From Clostridiales bacterium (GTDB taxonomy: Bacteria > Bacillota > Clostridia > Oscillospirales > JAAYXM01), in the NCBI GenBank assembly GCA_012515925.1, contig JAAYXM010000196.1, positions 1-41,393 on the forward strand: a stretch of 41,393 bases of DNA, read 5' to 3'. Shown here one piece after another: positions 7,717-16,453 of the stretch (positions are counted from its first letter, which is position 1; each line of letters opens with the position of its first letter). The notes below the pieces were generated by a model. That model had not been told where the DNA came from. It saw only the letters and a list, made by a program, of their open reading frames with translations, and made no database searches. The position numbers and the translations under genes were made by a program.

Positions 7717-9054
7717 TTAAACCTCCGTTATGTCAACTGCCTCGCCGTAAAGCTCTCCGTCGGCTTCCCGAACCGCCATGACGGCGAGAAGCATACCCGG
7801 GGAAACGTCAAAGGGTGCCCTGAAATAAATCCGCGCATCCACCTCGGGCGAGTCCGCAAACGTCCTGCCGAAGTAATATCCGATATCGGAATCGAAGCCC
7901 TCGCACAGCACGGTAAGCTTTCCTGATATAAGAGAACGGTTATACTCGTCTATGATACGCGACTGGAGCGCGCACGCGAGCTCGTATCTTCTTTCCTTCT
8001 CGTCCTCGTCAACCTGCCCGTCCATGCGTTCGGCCGGGCTTCCCTTTTCGGCCGAGTATTTGAAAACCCCGCCTCGAACGAATTTATGCTTTTTCAGAAA
8101 AGCGCAAAGCTCTTCAAAATCCTCACGGGTTTCGCCCGGAAAACCGACTATGACGCTTGTTCTGAACACGGCGCCCGGGATTTTATCCCTTAATCTCGCA
8201 AACAGATTATCGAGGTATTTTCCGTCGCCCCGCCGGTTCATCGCCTTAAGAATCCTGTCGCTCGCGTGCTGAATCGGGATATCGAGGTATTTGACAATCT
8301 TCTCCTCGTCCGCGAAAACCCGAATCAACCCTTCGTCTATCTCGTCGGGGTATAAATAATGTACCCTTATCCACCTAAGCCCGTCAATCCGGCATAGTCT
8401 TTCCAGAAGCTCACCGAGCCGGCGCTTACCGTATAAATCAATGCCGTACCGGCTTGTGTCCTGCGCGATAACTATAAGCTCGCGCACACCGAGCCCCGCG
8501 AGGCCCTTCGCCTCCTCGAGTATGTCCTCCATCCTGCGGCTCCTGTACCTGCCGCGCAGAGAGGGGATAACGCAATAGGAGCAGCGGTTGTCGCAGCCCT
8601 CCGCGATTTTTATATACGCGGTATAGCCGGGTGTTGACAGAATCCTGCTCCCGTCAATAGGCGCCGTGTCAGGGTCGTCAAACACCGCGGCCTTCCTGCC
8701 GCTTAAGACTCCCCGGACGACCCCGACGATTCTGTGATAACTTCCGCAGCCGAGCACCGCGTCTATTTCGGGTATATCGTCAAGCAGGCTTTTATACCGC
8801 TCCGGCAGACAGCCCGCCACTATTATTTTGCCGACTTTATTTTCGACCTTGAGCTTTTTGACCTCGCCGATGACATAGTACGCCTCGCTGCGCGCCGACT
8901 CGATAAATCCGCAGGTGTTGATGATTACCGCGTCCGCGCCGTCCGGCCCGGATATAATCTCAAACCCGGCCTGGTCCAAAGCCGCGAGCATATTTTCGCT
9001 GTTTACCTGGTTTTTCGCGCAGCCTAATGATATCATCCCGATTTTATGCGTCAT
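7717..9054 (-). CDS. rimO: Ribosomal protein S12 methylthiotransferase RimO (radical SAM MTTase)
   Basis: N-terminal MTTase domain (ISLGCAKNQVNSE), radical SAM motif CDNRCSYC and a C-terminal TRAM-like domain. Confidence 0.85.
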   Translation of the reverse strand: MTHKIGMISLGCAKNQVNSENMLAALDQAGFEIISGPDGADAVIINTCGFIESARSEAYYVIGEVKKLKVENKVGKIIVAGCLPERYKSLLDDIPEIDAVLGCGSYHRIVGVVRGVLSGRKAAVFDDPDTAPIDGSRILSTPGYTAYIKIAEGCDNRCSYCVIPSLRGRYRSRRMEDILEEAKGLAGLGVRELIVIAQDTSRYGIDLYGKRRLGELLERLCRIDGLRWIRVHYLYPDEIDEGLIRVFADEEKIVKYLDIPIQHASDRILKAMNRRGDGKYLDNLFARLRDKIPGAVFRTSVIVGFPGETREDFEELCAFLKKHKFVRGGVFKYSAEKGSPAERMDGQVDEDEKERRYELACALQSRIIDEYNRSLISGKLTVLCEGFDSDIGYYFGRTFADSPEVDARIYFRAPFDVSPGMLLAVMAVREADGELYGEAVDITEV

Positions 9055-9516
9055 TTAATAATAATCCTCCGAAATAAAACGCCTGATTACCCTGTTAATA
9101 TCCTCATAATCAAACCCGCGCCGCAAAAGCGCGTTAACAACGCGTCGCTTTTCCGCCTTATCCGACGGGTCTTTAAGCTTTCTCCGGATATACTCCTCTA
9201 TGCTTCCGTCCGGCCCGGGCAAATCGTCTAAAACCCCGTCGATGATTTCGGGCGGAATTTTACGGCGGCGCAGCTCCTCGCGGATGCGCCTTTTGCCCAT
9301 GCCGCGGGCTATGTAATATCCCGCGCAGGTTCTGGCGTATTCAAAATCATCGACGGCGGAAAGCTCTTCCATTCTGTCAGCCGCGCGGCTTGCCTCGTCT
9401 TCGGAAAACCCGTAGTTAAGAAGCTTTTCGACAAGCTCGCCCCGTGACATGGCGCGACGCCCCAGAATTTCCGCCGCCTTGCTTACCGCAGCGTCCGGAC
9501 GGGTCTCGTAAGACAT
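9055..9516 (-). CDS. recX: Recombination regulator RecX
   Basis: 153-aa helical-repeat protein immediately downstream of recA, with RecX-like repeats (RRALLRRGF-type). Confidence 0.8.
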   Translation of the reverse strand: MSYETRPDAAVSKAAEILGRRAMSRGELVEKLLNYGFSEDEASRAADRMEELSAVDDFEYARTCAGYYIARGMGKRRIREELRRRKIPPEIIDGVLDDLPGPDGSIEEYIRRKLKDPSDKAEKRRVVNALLRRGFDYEDINRVIRRFISEDYY

Positions 9517-9519
9517 GTT

Positions 9520-10578
9520 TTAACCCTCAAAATCGTCCGCGTCCACGGTTATTCCTTTTGCCGGCGCGCTCTTTGCCGTGCCTATCTGCTTTTTCATGAG
9601 CTTATCCGAGTTATTGCGGATTTCCTGCTCCAAGCTTGCGGCAATCTCGGGATTGTCCTTTAAAAACTGCTTCGCGCTGTCTCTGCCCTGCCCTAAGCGC
9701 GTATCGCCCATGCTGTACCACGCGCCGGATTTCGCGACCAAATCAAGCTTAACGCCGAGGTCTACGAGCTCACCGGTTTTCGAAATGCCCTCGCCGTAAA
9801 TAATATCGAACTCCGCGTCACGAAACGGCGGCGCGATTTTGTTTTTCACAACCTTCGCGCGGGTGCGGTTGCCCAAAAGCTCGGTACCGTTTTTAATCGC
9901 CTCGCCCTTGCGCACGTCTATCCTGACGCTTGAATAGAATTTAAGCGCGCGTCCGCCCGGCGTGACCTCCGGGCTGCCGTAAATAACACCGATTTTCTCG
10001 CGCAGCTGGTTTATGAACACCGCGACGCAGTTGCCTTTCGATATAGCGCCGGCGAGCTTGCGCAGCGCCTGCGACATAAGCCGCGCCTGAAGCCCGACAA
10101 AGGAATCGCCCATAACGCCCTCAATCTCGGCGCGCGGCACAAGCGCGGCAACCGAGTCAATAACCACAATATCGATTGCGTTGCTGCGCACGAGCGCCTC
10201 GGCAATCTCAAGCGCCTGCTCGCCGGTATCCGGCTGTGACACCAGAAGATTATCGATATCAACGCCGAGCGCCGCGGCATATACCGGGTCAAGAGCGTGC
10301 TCAACGTCGATAAACGCGGCCTCGCCTCCGGCCTTCTGAGCCTCGGCAACCATATGCAGCGCAATCGTGGTCTTGCCCGAGGATTCAGGGCCGTAGATTT
10401 CGACAATGCGCCCGCGCGGAACACCGCCCACACCCAGCGCGATATCGAGGGTCAGCGAGCCCGTCGAAATACAGCTTATGTTCATGCTCCGGTTTTCGCC
10501 GAGACGCATAACGGAACCCTTTCCGAATTGCTTTTCTATCTGCTCAAGCGCCGTGTCCAATGCTTTTTTCTTTTCCAT
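9520..10578 (-). CDS. recA: Recombinase RecA
   Basis: Unmistakable RecA sequence: [13 protein letters not shown], Walker [21 protein letters not shown]. Confidence 0.98.
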   Translation of the reverse strand: MEKKKALDTALEQIEKQFGKGSVMRLGENRSMNISCISTGSLTLDIALGVGGVPRGRIVEIYGPESSGKTTIALHMVAEAQKAGGEAAFIDVEHALDPVYAAALGVDIDNLLVSQPDTGEQALEIAEALVRSNAIDIVVIDSVAALVPRAEIEGVMGDSFVGLQARLMSQALRKLAGAISKGNCVAVFINQLREKIGVIYGSPEVTPGGRALKFYSSVRIDVRKGEAIKNGTELLGNRTRAKVVKNKIAPPFRDAEFDIIYGEGISKTGELVDLGVKLDLVAKSGAWYSMGDTRLGQGRDSAKQFLKDNPEIAASLEQEIRNNSDKLMKKQIGTAKSAPAKGITVDADDFEG

Positions 10579-10617
10579 ACCTTTACACTCCTTATATTAT
10601 TTGCCGCGGCTAAAAGC

Positions 10618-11475
10618 TCACACACCCTTTATTCCCGAAACCACTCTGGGTATGCCGCCGGTATCCTTTTTCTGACGGATTTGCCTGATACCGTAACCGC
10701 GCATTAGTTTTTTTATTTCATCCGCCTGGTTAATACCGCATTCAAACGCAATCAGTCCGCCTGTTTTCAGTAAGCAGAGCCAGCCGTCAAGTATCGCCCG
10801 GTAGTAATCCAAACCGTCCGCGCCGCCGCACAGCGCGGCGGCCGGCTCAAAATCCTTAACCGAGCTGTCCAGCCCTTCCATATCGGACGCCGGTATGTAC
10901 GGCGGGTTCGCGACGATTAAATCAAACCTGCCGAGGTTTTCGACCGCTTTATTCCTCACGTCCGCCAAAACGCAGATTAAGCGGTCCGTCAGCTTATGAC
11001 TTTTTATATTCTCGCGCGCGACATCAATCGCTTTTTGTGAATTATCCGCCAGAACGCCGCGGCAGCCGCCGCGGTTTGCCGCGATCGCGATGCCGATACA
11101 CCCGCAGCCCGTGCATAAATCCAAAAACCTGAACGACTCCGAAACGTTTCGTTTAAGCGCGACGTCCACAAGCACCTCGGTGTCACAGCGCGGAATAAGA
11201 ACGTCCTTCGTCACCTTAAGCGTAAGCCCGTAAAAATCCCACTCACCTATTAAATACGCGAGGGGCTCGCCCGAAACCCTGCGCTCCGCGAGCGAATACG
11301 CTTTTTCCCTGATATCGGACGGGGCAAACAGATATTTGTCACGTATAAACTCCTCACGGGTCTTATTCGCGGCCGCGCGCACAAGCTCCCTTGCCTCAAG
11401 GTCCGCCGGGTCAAGACCCGCGAACACGAATTTTCTCCTGATATCGAGATATACGTCGTTATATGTCGTAATCAC
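10618..11475 (-). CDS. prmC: Peptide chain release factor N5-glutamine methyltransferase
   Basis: SAM-binding motif LDLCTGCGCIG and the catalytic NPPY motif (ANPPYIP). Length is 285 aa. Confidence 0.88.
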   Translation of the reverse strand: MITTYNDVYLDIRRKFVFAGLDPADLEARELVRAAANKTREEFIRDKYLFAPSDIREKAYSLAERRVSGEPLAYLIGEWDFYGLTLKVTKDVLIPRCDTEVLVDVALKRNVSESFRFLDLCTGCGCIGIAIAANRGGCRGVLADNSQKAIDVARENIKSHKLTDRLICVLADVRNKAVENLGRFDLIVANPPYIPASDMEGLDSSVKDFEPAAALCGGADGLDYYRAILDGWLCLLKTGGLIAFECGINQADEIKKLMRGYGIRQIRQKKDTGGIPRVVSGIKGV

Positions 11476-11532
11476 AAAAACATGTCACCGCCGCTTCCGG
11501 TTTATGGTGTAAAGGCTATCAGCTTAACAGAG

Positions 11533-12465
11533 TTACCATTCATCGGTCCCGGGGCTTTCGGGTATAACGGGCTTTAACGCGGCTATCGCGATTTCTATCA
11601 TCGAATCGTCCGGCTCGTTTGTGGTGAGTTTCTGGAACCAGACTCCCGGCGCGCGCAAAAAACGCGTAAACGGGTTGTCAAACCTGCCGATAAGCCGGTT
11701 TGCCTCGTAGCTTATGCCCACGACAACCGGAAGCAGAATAAGCCTCAGAAGTATTCTTATATACGGATTGGACCAGCTTATAACCGAGAATACGAGCACG
11801 CTTATAATCATCACGGAAAACAGAAAGCTTGTGCCGCAGCGCGGGTGCTCCTTTGCGTACTCCCTGACGTTTTCAACGCTCAGCTCCTTTCCGGATTCGT
11901 AGCAGAAAATCGTCTTGTGCTCGGCGCCGTGATACGCGAAAACGCGTTTTAAGTCCTTCATTTGCGAAACTGAACACATGAATATAATAAATATGATGAT
12001 CCTGAATAATCCCTCAATAAGATTGCGTACTATTCCCGAACCCGCAAGCCTGTCAAGGCTTCCCGCAAGCAGCGTGGGCAGGAATATAAACAATACTATC
12101 GGAATGATTGTGCCGAGCACTGTCGCGCAGGTCATGATAAACCTTTCGATTTTCTCGGAGCCGAATTTATCAATCAGCCATTTGTCAAAACCCGTCGGTT
12201 CCTCGTCCTCTACCTCACCGGCAATGCCCGCGGAGTGATTTAACGCCGAAATCCCGAGCTTCATCGATTCAAAAAGCCCGATCATGCCGCGTATAAACGG
12301 CGCTTTAAACAGTTTATTCTTATTCTTTAAGGAGTTAAACTCCTCGACCTTGAGGTCTATTTCACTGTCCGGCTTTCTGACCGCGATCGCGTATCTTTTG
12401 GGGCCAAGCATCAAAATGCCCTCAATCAGCGCCTGACCTCCGATGCTTGTTTTTTTGTTTGTCAT
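11533..12465 (-). CDS. DUF1385 (YqhQ-like) membrane protein
   Basis: Conserved YHGAEHKT motif and multi-TM core. It sits in the common clostridial position upstream of prmC. Confidence 0.75.
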   Translation of the reverse strand: MTNKKTSIGGQALIEGILMLGPKRYAIAVRKPDSEIDLKVEEFNSLKNKNKLFKAPFIRGMIGLFESMKLGISALNHSAGIAGEVEDEEPTGFDKWLIDKFGSEKIERFIMTCATVLGTIIPIVLFIFLPTLLAGSLDRLAGSGIVRNLIEGLFRIIIFIIFMCSVSQMKDLKRVFAYHGAEHKTIFCYESGKELSVENVREYAKEHPRCGTSFLFSVMIISVLVFSVISWSNPYIRILLRLILLPVVVGISYEANRLIGRFDNPFTRFLRAPGVWFQKLTTNEPDDSMIEIAIAALKPVIPESPGTDEW

Positions 12466-12468
12466 GTA

Positions 12469-13932
12469 TTAACCCGCTTTCGAATTTGTATCGGATGATT
12501 CCTCGGTTTCGGTTTCTTTCATAATCGGCAGCAGAATCGTAACCTGCGTCCCGTTGCCGTACTCGCTCTCAATCTTCAGCTCGCCCCCGTGCAGCTTAAC
12601 TATTTCATCGCAGACCGCGAGACCTATGCCGCTGCCGGTGGCCTTTGACGAGCCCTTATAGAACTTGAGCTTGACGTACGGCAGCTCGTCTTCGGGTATG
12701 CCCTCGCCGTAGTCGCGTATAACAATCCGGGCAAACGCGCCGTCGGAGTCAACCGTGAAATCCAGGCGCCCGCCGGATTTGCCGTGCTTAACCGCGTTGT
12801 CGATTATATTGAAAAACACCTGCTTTAAGCGCGCTCTGTCGCCGTTCATATATATATCATCGTCGTTTTGCTCGTAGTGTATTTCGATGCCCTCTATTTT
12901 AAACGTCTCGTTGTAAACAAACAGAACCTCCTCGAACTCGGCTTTTAAATCCATGGGCTCGATATGAAGGTTAAACCGCCCGCTCTCCATACGCGCGAAA
13001 TTCAGAAGCTCCTCCACCATTTTTGACAGGCGGCGAGTCTCCTTAAGGATAATGGATATACCCTTCTTAATCTCCCCGGGGTTCTCAAACCCTACGCTCG
13101 TAAGCGTCTCTCCCCAGCCGATTATAGCGGTGAGCGGTGTGCGAAGCTCGTGTGATATTGAGGATATAAACTCGTTTTTAATCCTCTCGGCGCGCGAAAT
13201 CTCAACCGACATCTCGTTAATAGAATCGCACAGCTCGCCGATTTCATCGTCAAATTTCTTTTCGATTTTAACCCCGTAGCTGCCCTTTGTGATTTTTTTC
13301 GTAATCTCGGTAATCTCGCGTAGCGGGTTTACAATCGAACGTATGAAATACCTGTTGGATATAAACACGAAAACTATAATAATAACCGCGACCAATACCG
13401 CGCCCGCGCTGGACATGATAATCCTGCGGTCAACCTCCCGAAGGCTCGTAACATACCGCAATACCCCGATAACGCCCGAGCTTCCCGAAACAAGCGGGCA
13501 GGACACGCTCATAATGCGCTCGCCGGTAATCGGGTCCTTGCCGGAAAACGTTTTTATCGCGTTTTCGTTTATCGAGAGTTCGATGTCCGGCGTAGCCGGG
13601 ATAACGCCCGCGGGCAGCCCCGACGACGAGAACATTATCCTGCCGTTTGAATGGAGAATCTGCCTTTCGAGCATCTCCTTGTCGGCGAAATCCAGGGTCT
13701 GCCGTCTCGCGTTCGTATAAAACGAGTCGAAGCTTGTGCTGATATTCTCGTTAAAGTATCTCGAATTTATTATAGCCCGGTTTATAAGATTTGTGCGCAG
13801 GTTAATATAGTAGTAGTTCATAATGCCGATTGTAAATATGATTACGCATATAAAAATCACCGATACGACATATATCAGATTATTTACAATCCAGCGATAC
13901 TTAATCCCCCTGATATGCGGCACCCGCTTCAC
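12469..13932 (-). CDS. Sensor histidine kinase (WalK-like: two TM helices, extracytoplasmic domain, HAMP, no cytoplasmic PAS)
   Basis: H-box SHELRTPLTAI, N-box NAVKHG, G-boxes DYGEGIP and GSGIGLA. The HAMP domain runs directly into the DHp domain. Confidence 0.88.
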   Translation of the reverse strand: MKRVPHIRGIKYRWIVNNLIYVVSVIFICVIIFTIGIMNYYYINLRTNLINRAIINSRYFNENISTSFDSFYTNARRQTLDFADKEMLERQILHSNGRIMFSSSGLPAGVIPATPDIELSINENAIKTFSGKDPITGERIMSVSCPLVSGSSGVIGVLRYVTSLREVDRRIIMSSAGAVLVAVIIIVFVFISNRYFIRSIVNPLREITEITKKITKGSYGVKIEKKFDDEIGELCDSINEMSVEISRAERIKNEFISSISHELRTPLTAIIGWGETLTSVGFENPGEIKKGISIILKETRRLSKMVEELLNFARMESGRFNLHIEPMDLKAEFEEVLFVYNETFKIEGIEIHYEQNDDDIYMNGDRARLKQVFFNIIDNAVKHGKSGGRLDFTVDSDGAFARIVIRDYGEGIPEDELPYVKLKFYKGSSKATGSGIGLAVCDEIVKLHGGELKIESEYGNGTQVTILLPIMKETETEESSDTNSKAG

Positions 13933-13976
13933 CCCTTTCGCTTAAACGGCATTGTCGGACCGGTATTCTCCCGACT

Positions 13977-14666
13977 TTATTGCTCCCATTTGTACCCGTA
14001 GCCCCAGACCGTCTGGATATACCTCGGGTTTGTCGGTTCGTCCTCAATCTTTAAGCGCAGGCGTCTGATATTGACATCAACGATTTTCAGCTCGCCGTAA
14101 TAATCCTCGCCCCAGACCGCGCTCAGCATGTTCTCGCGCGAGAGCGCGCGCCCGGGATTATCCATGAAATACTTCATAATCAAATACTCAACCTGAGTAA
14201 GCTTTATACGTACGCCGTTTTTATCGACCGTCCTGTTGCGGGTGTTCAGCACAAACGGTCCGCTTATCAGTCTCCCCGGGTCCTCCGCCACAACATCCCC
14301 GAGCCGGCGGTACAGCGCGTCAATCCTTGCCACAAGCTCCGTGGGCGAAAAGGGTTTTGTAACATAATCGTCCGCGCCCGTCATAAGTCCGGTAACCCTG
14401 TCAATCTCCTGGGTGCGCGATGTCAGCATTATAATACCGATTTTTGAGCCGTTCCCCCTGATGCGCCGGCACACCTCAAAACCGTCGATATCAGGCAGCA
14501 TAATGTCAATCAGCGCAACACCGATATCCGGGTTTTCCTGCAGAAGCTCAAGCGCGCGCTCGCCGGTTTCGGCCTCGACAACCTCATAACCGACGCGTTC
14601 GAGATTCAACACAACGAAGCTGCGTATACTCGACTCGTCCTCCAGGACAAGGACCTTCTTTTTCAT
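13977..14666 (-). CDS. OmpR-family response regulator (WalR-like)
   Basis: Receiver domain (the phosphoacceptor Asp is probably the D in LIDIMLPDIDG) plus a winged-helix output domain (IQTVWGYGYKW). Confidence 0.9.
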   Translation of the reverse strand: MKKKVLVLEDESSIRSFVVLNLERVGYEVVEAETGERALELLQENPDIGVALIDIMLPDIDGFEVCRRIRGNGSKIGIIMLTSRTQEIDRVTGLMTGADDYVTKPFSPTELVARIDALYRRLGDVVAEDPGRLISGPFVLNTRNRTVDKNGVRIKLTQVEYLIMKYFMDNPGRALSRENMLSAVWGEDYYGELKIVDVNIRRLRLKIEDEPTNPRYIQTVWGYGYKWEQ

Positions 14667-14687
14667 GTCAACCCTCCGTATATGTAC

Positions 14688-16016
14688 TTAAAAGACATTC
14701 TCACCCATAGTCAGTTCGTTCTGCCGGAAGCGGAAAGCCTGCTTGATAAACTCCTCGTCTATACGCGTTTTCAATAAGCGGTCCTTATGTATTTCCGCGG
14801 CGTAAATCTGGCTTCCCTTCGCGGCAAGCGTGAAACGGCCGCTTATTCCGGCGAGTGCCGCCCTGTTGTCGCCGGTAATCGAATAAATCGTAAACAGCTT
14901 TTCCGCTTTGCCGGTCACGCTTGTTTCGAAAAACTCGATGGCGGTTTCACCGAACCGCTTGCTCTCGTATCTGATTATTATGTGCTCGCTCCATTCAACC
15001 GGCATCATGATGTACCAGTTGTCTATATACGAATGATATGTAAATGCGATATCCTCAAAGCTTTTGCCCGAAGGCTTGACGCGCTGCCACAGTATGCCCC
15101 AGACGGCATCGCCGTTTTCGCCGTCAGGCCCCGCGAGCTTTACCGGTTTTGGAATCTCTAAAACCCCGTCGCCGTTAACGTCCTCCGTAAACGCGGGGTA
15201 TTTGCGCATCGTTTCCAGACTGACCCCCGAATCCGGGTCAAGCGTAATATTGTCAAGCTTATCGTTAAATACGATTAAGTCGGTAACAAGCCCCTGCTCG
15301 ACATATGTGCTCTCGATATAAATACAGGCGGAGTCCCCGTCCGCCACGCCGGTCCGGATGCGCTCGATATTTTTAATACCCTTTGAAAGCCATGTCTCCG
15401 ATGTTTTGACAAGTGTGTTCTGCGAACAGACATACATGGCTATTTTCTTCCGGCCGGTTTTATCGTCATAGATGACGCTTAAATCGTCAATCCCGTCGGC
15501 ATTCATGTCATATATGACATAGTGCTGGTATTCAATCGACATAAGCTCGACTATCCCGTCCTGCATCGAGTAAACCGTTAGAATATTGTTCTTGTCGCTG
15601 CCGCCGTCCCAGCCTACGACGATTTCGGAATTCGCGTTTCCGAACAGGTCCGGAAACGCGACGGTCTGCACCGCGCTGCCCGGCCCTTCGACGATATCGA
15701 ACACGGTAAACCTGCCGTCGCCGTTTCGTTTGAATAAATAGAGCGAAACCTTATAGGTGTTGTTCGAGTCTCTGAAAAAAACTATCCCCTCGTCGCTGCC
15801 GTCACTGTCCAGATCCATAAGCTGTACGGCCTGCCTGTGCGCGCCCGCGGAAGGCTCCACAAAGCTTGCCCCGTCATTTCTTATTCTGTTGAGTTCGTTG
15901 TTGAATTCGGCGTACTCCTTGGGATGGCCCGGTACCCTGAAAATATCCGCGGACGAATTCGGGGTACAGCCCGTAAAAAGCAGTATTATCAAGCAAACAA
16001 CGGGGAGGTATTTCAT
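14688..16016 (-). CDS. Lipoprotein with FG-GAP/VCBS-like calcium-binding repeats, function unknown
   Basis: The start at 16016 (MKYLPVVCLIILLFTGC) gives a lipobox signal peptide and has a GGAAAGAG Shine-Dalgarno. Three DxDxDG-type loops are present (DLDSDGSDE, DMNADGIDD, DVNGDGVLE). The track ORF is 23 codons longer. Confidence 0.7.
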   Translation of the reverse strand: MKYLPVVCLIILLFTGCTPNSSADIFRVPGHPKEYAEFNNELNRIRNDGASFVEPSAGAHRQAVQLMDLDSDGSDEGIVFFRDSNNTYKVSLYLFKRNGDGRFTVFDIVEGPGSAVQTVAFPDLFGNANSEIVVGWDGGSDKNNILTVYSMQDGIVELMSIEYQHYVIYDMNADGIDDLSVIYDDKTGRKKIAMYVCSQNTLVKTSETWLSKGIKNIERIRTGVADGDSACIYIESTYVEQGLVTDLIVFNDKLDNITLDPDSGVSLETMRKYPAFTEDVNGDGVLEIPKPVKLAGPDGENGDAVWGILWQRVKPSGKSFEDIAFTYHSYIDNWYIMMPVEWSEHIIIRYESKRFGETAIEFFETSVTGKAEKLFTIYSITGDNRAALAGISGRFTLAAKGSQIYAAEIHKDRLLKTRIDEEFIKQAFRFRQNELTMGENVF

Positions 16017-16148
16017 AGACTCTTTCCACCTGCCTTTCTTATTGCCTATTGGATTTATTATAGTACAAAAACCAATAAAAAACAATGTTTATTTACCATT
16101 CTCCCCCCTGCCCTTACGGTCAGTGAAAAGAGAAAATTATTTTTTCTG

Positions 16149-16177
16149 TTGAAATTATTCATTGCCTGATATATACT
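16149..16177 (+). promoter_or_regulatory. Candidate sigma-A promoter of glmS
   Basis: TTGAAA (16149-16154), a 17-nt spacer, then TATACT (16172-16177), about 65 nt upstream of the ribozyme core. Confidence 0.5.
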
Positions 16178-16244
16178 TTTTTTATTATATATTCGGGAGT
16201 GATGCCCATGTCCCCTTAAGACACGTATGAGAAAAACATAATAT

Positions 16245-16400
16245 AGAAGCGCCGGAACCGTTTTTCGGTTGACGAGGCGGAGGTTCATCGAAGTTTTCGG
16301 CGGATGCCTCCCGGTCAACTGCCGCTGACCGACCCTGACCTGTCCCAAAACCCGCGGGCAACCGCGGCGACAAACGACAGGTTCGCGGCAGGCTGCTTTT
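16245..16400 (+). promoter_or_regulatory. glmS ribozyme (GlcN6P-dependent self-cleaving leader)
   Basis: AGCGCCGGAACC...GACGAGGCGGAGGTTCATCGAAGTTTTCGGCGGATGCCTCCCGGTC closely matches the conserved glmS ribozyme core known from Bacillus (AGCGCCAGAACU...GACGAGGAUGGAGGUUAUCGAAUUUUCGGCGGAUGCCUCCCGGCUG). It lies directly upstream of glmS. The predicted cleavage site is 5' of G16249. Confidence 0.9.
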
Positions 16401-16453
16401 GCAGGATAAATAGCATTCTATAATTAAAGTTAATTCACGGAGGTTTTAATAAT

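Noticed and set aside
16058-16373. Minus-strand ORFs of 96 and 62 aa in the lipoprotein-glmS spacer.
   Set aside because: They overlap the glmS promoter and ribozyme on the opposite strand. They have no Shine-Dalgarno and a biased Arg/Gly/Pro composition.
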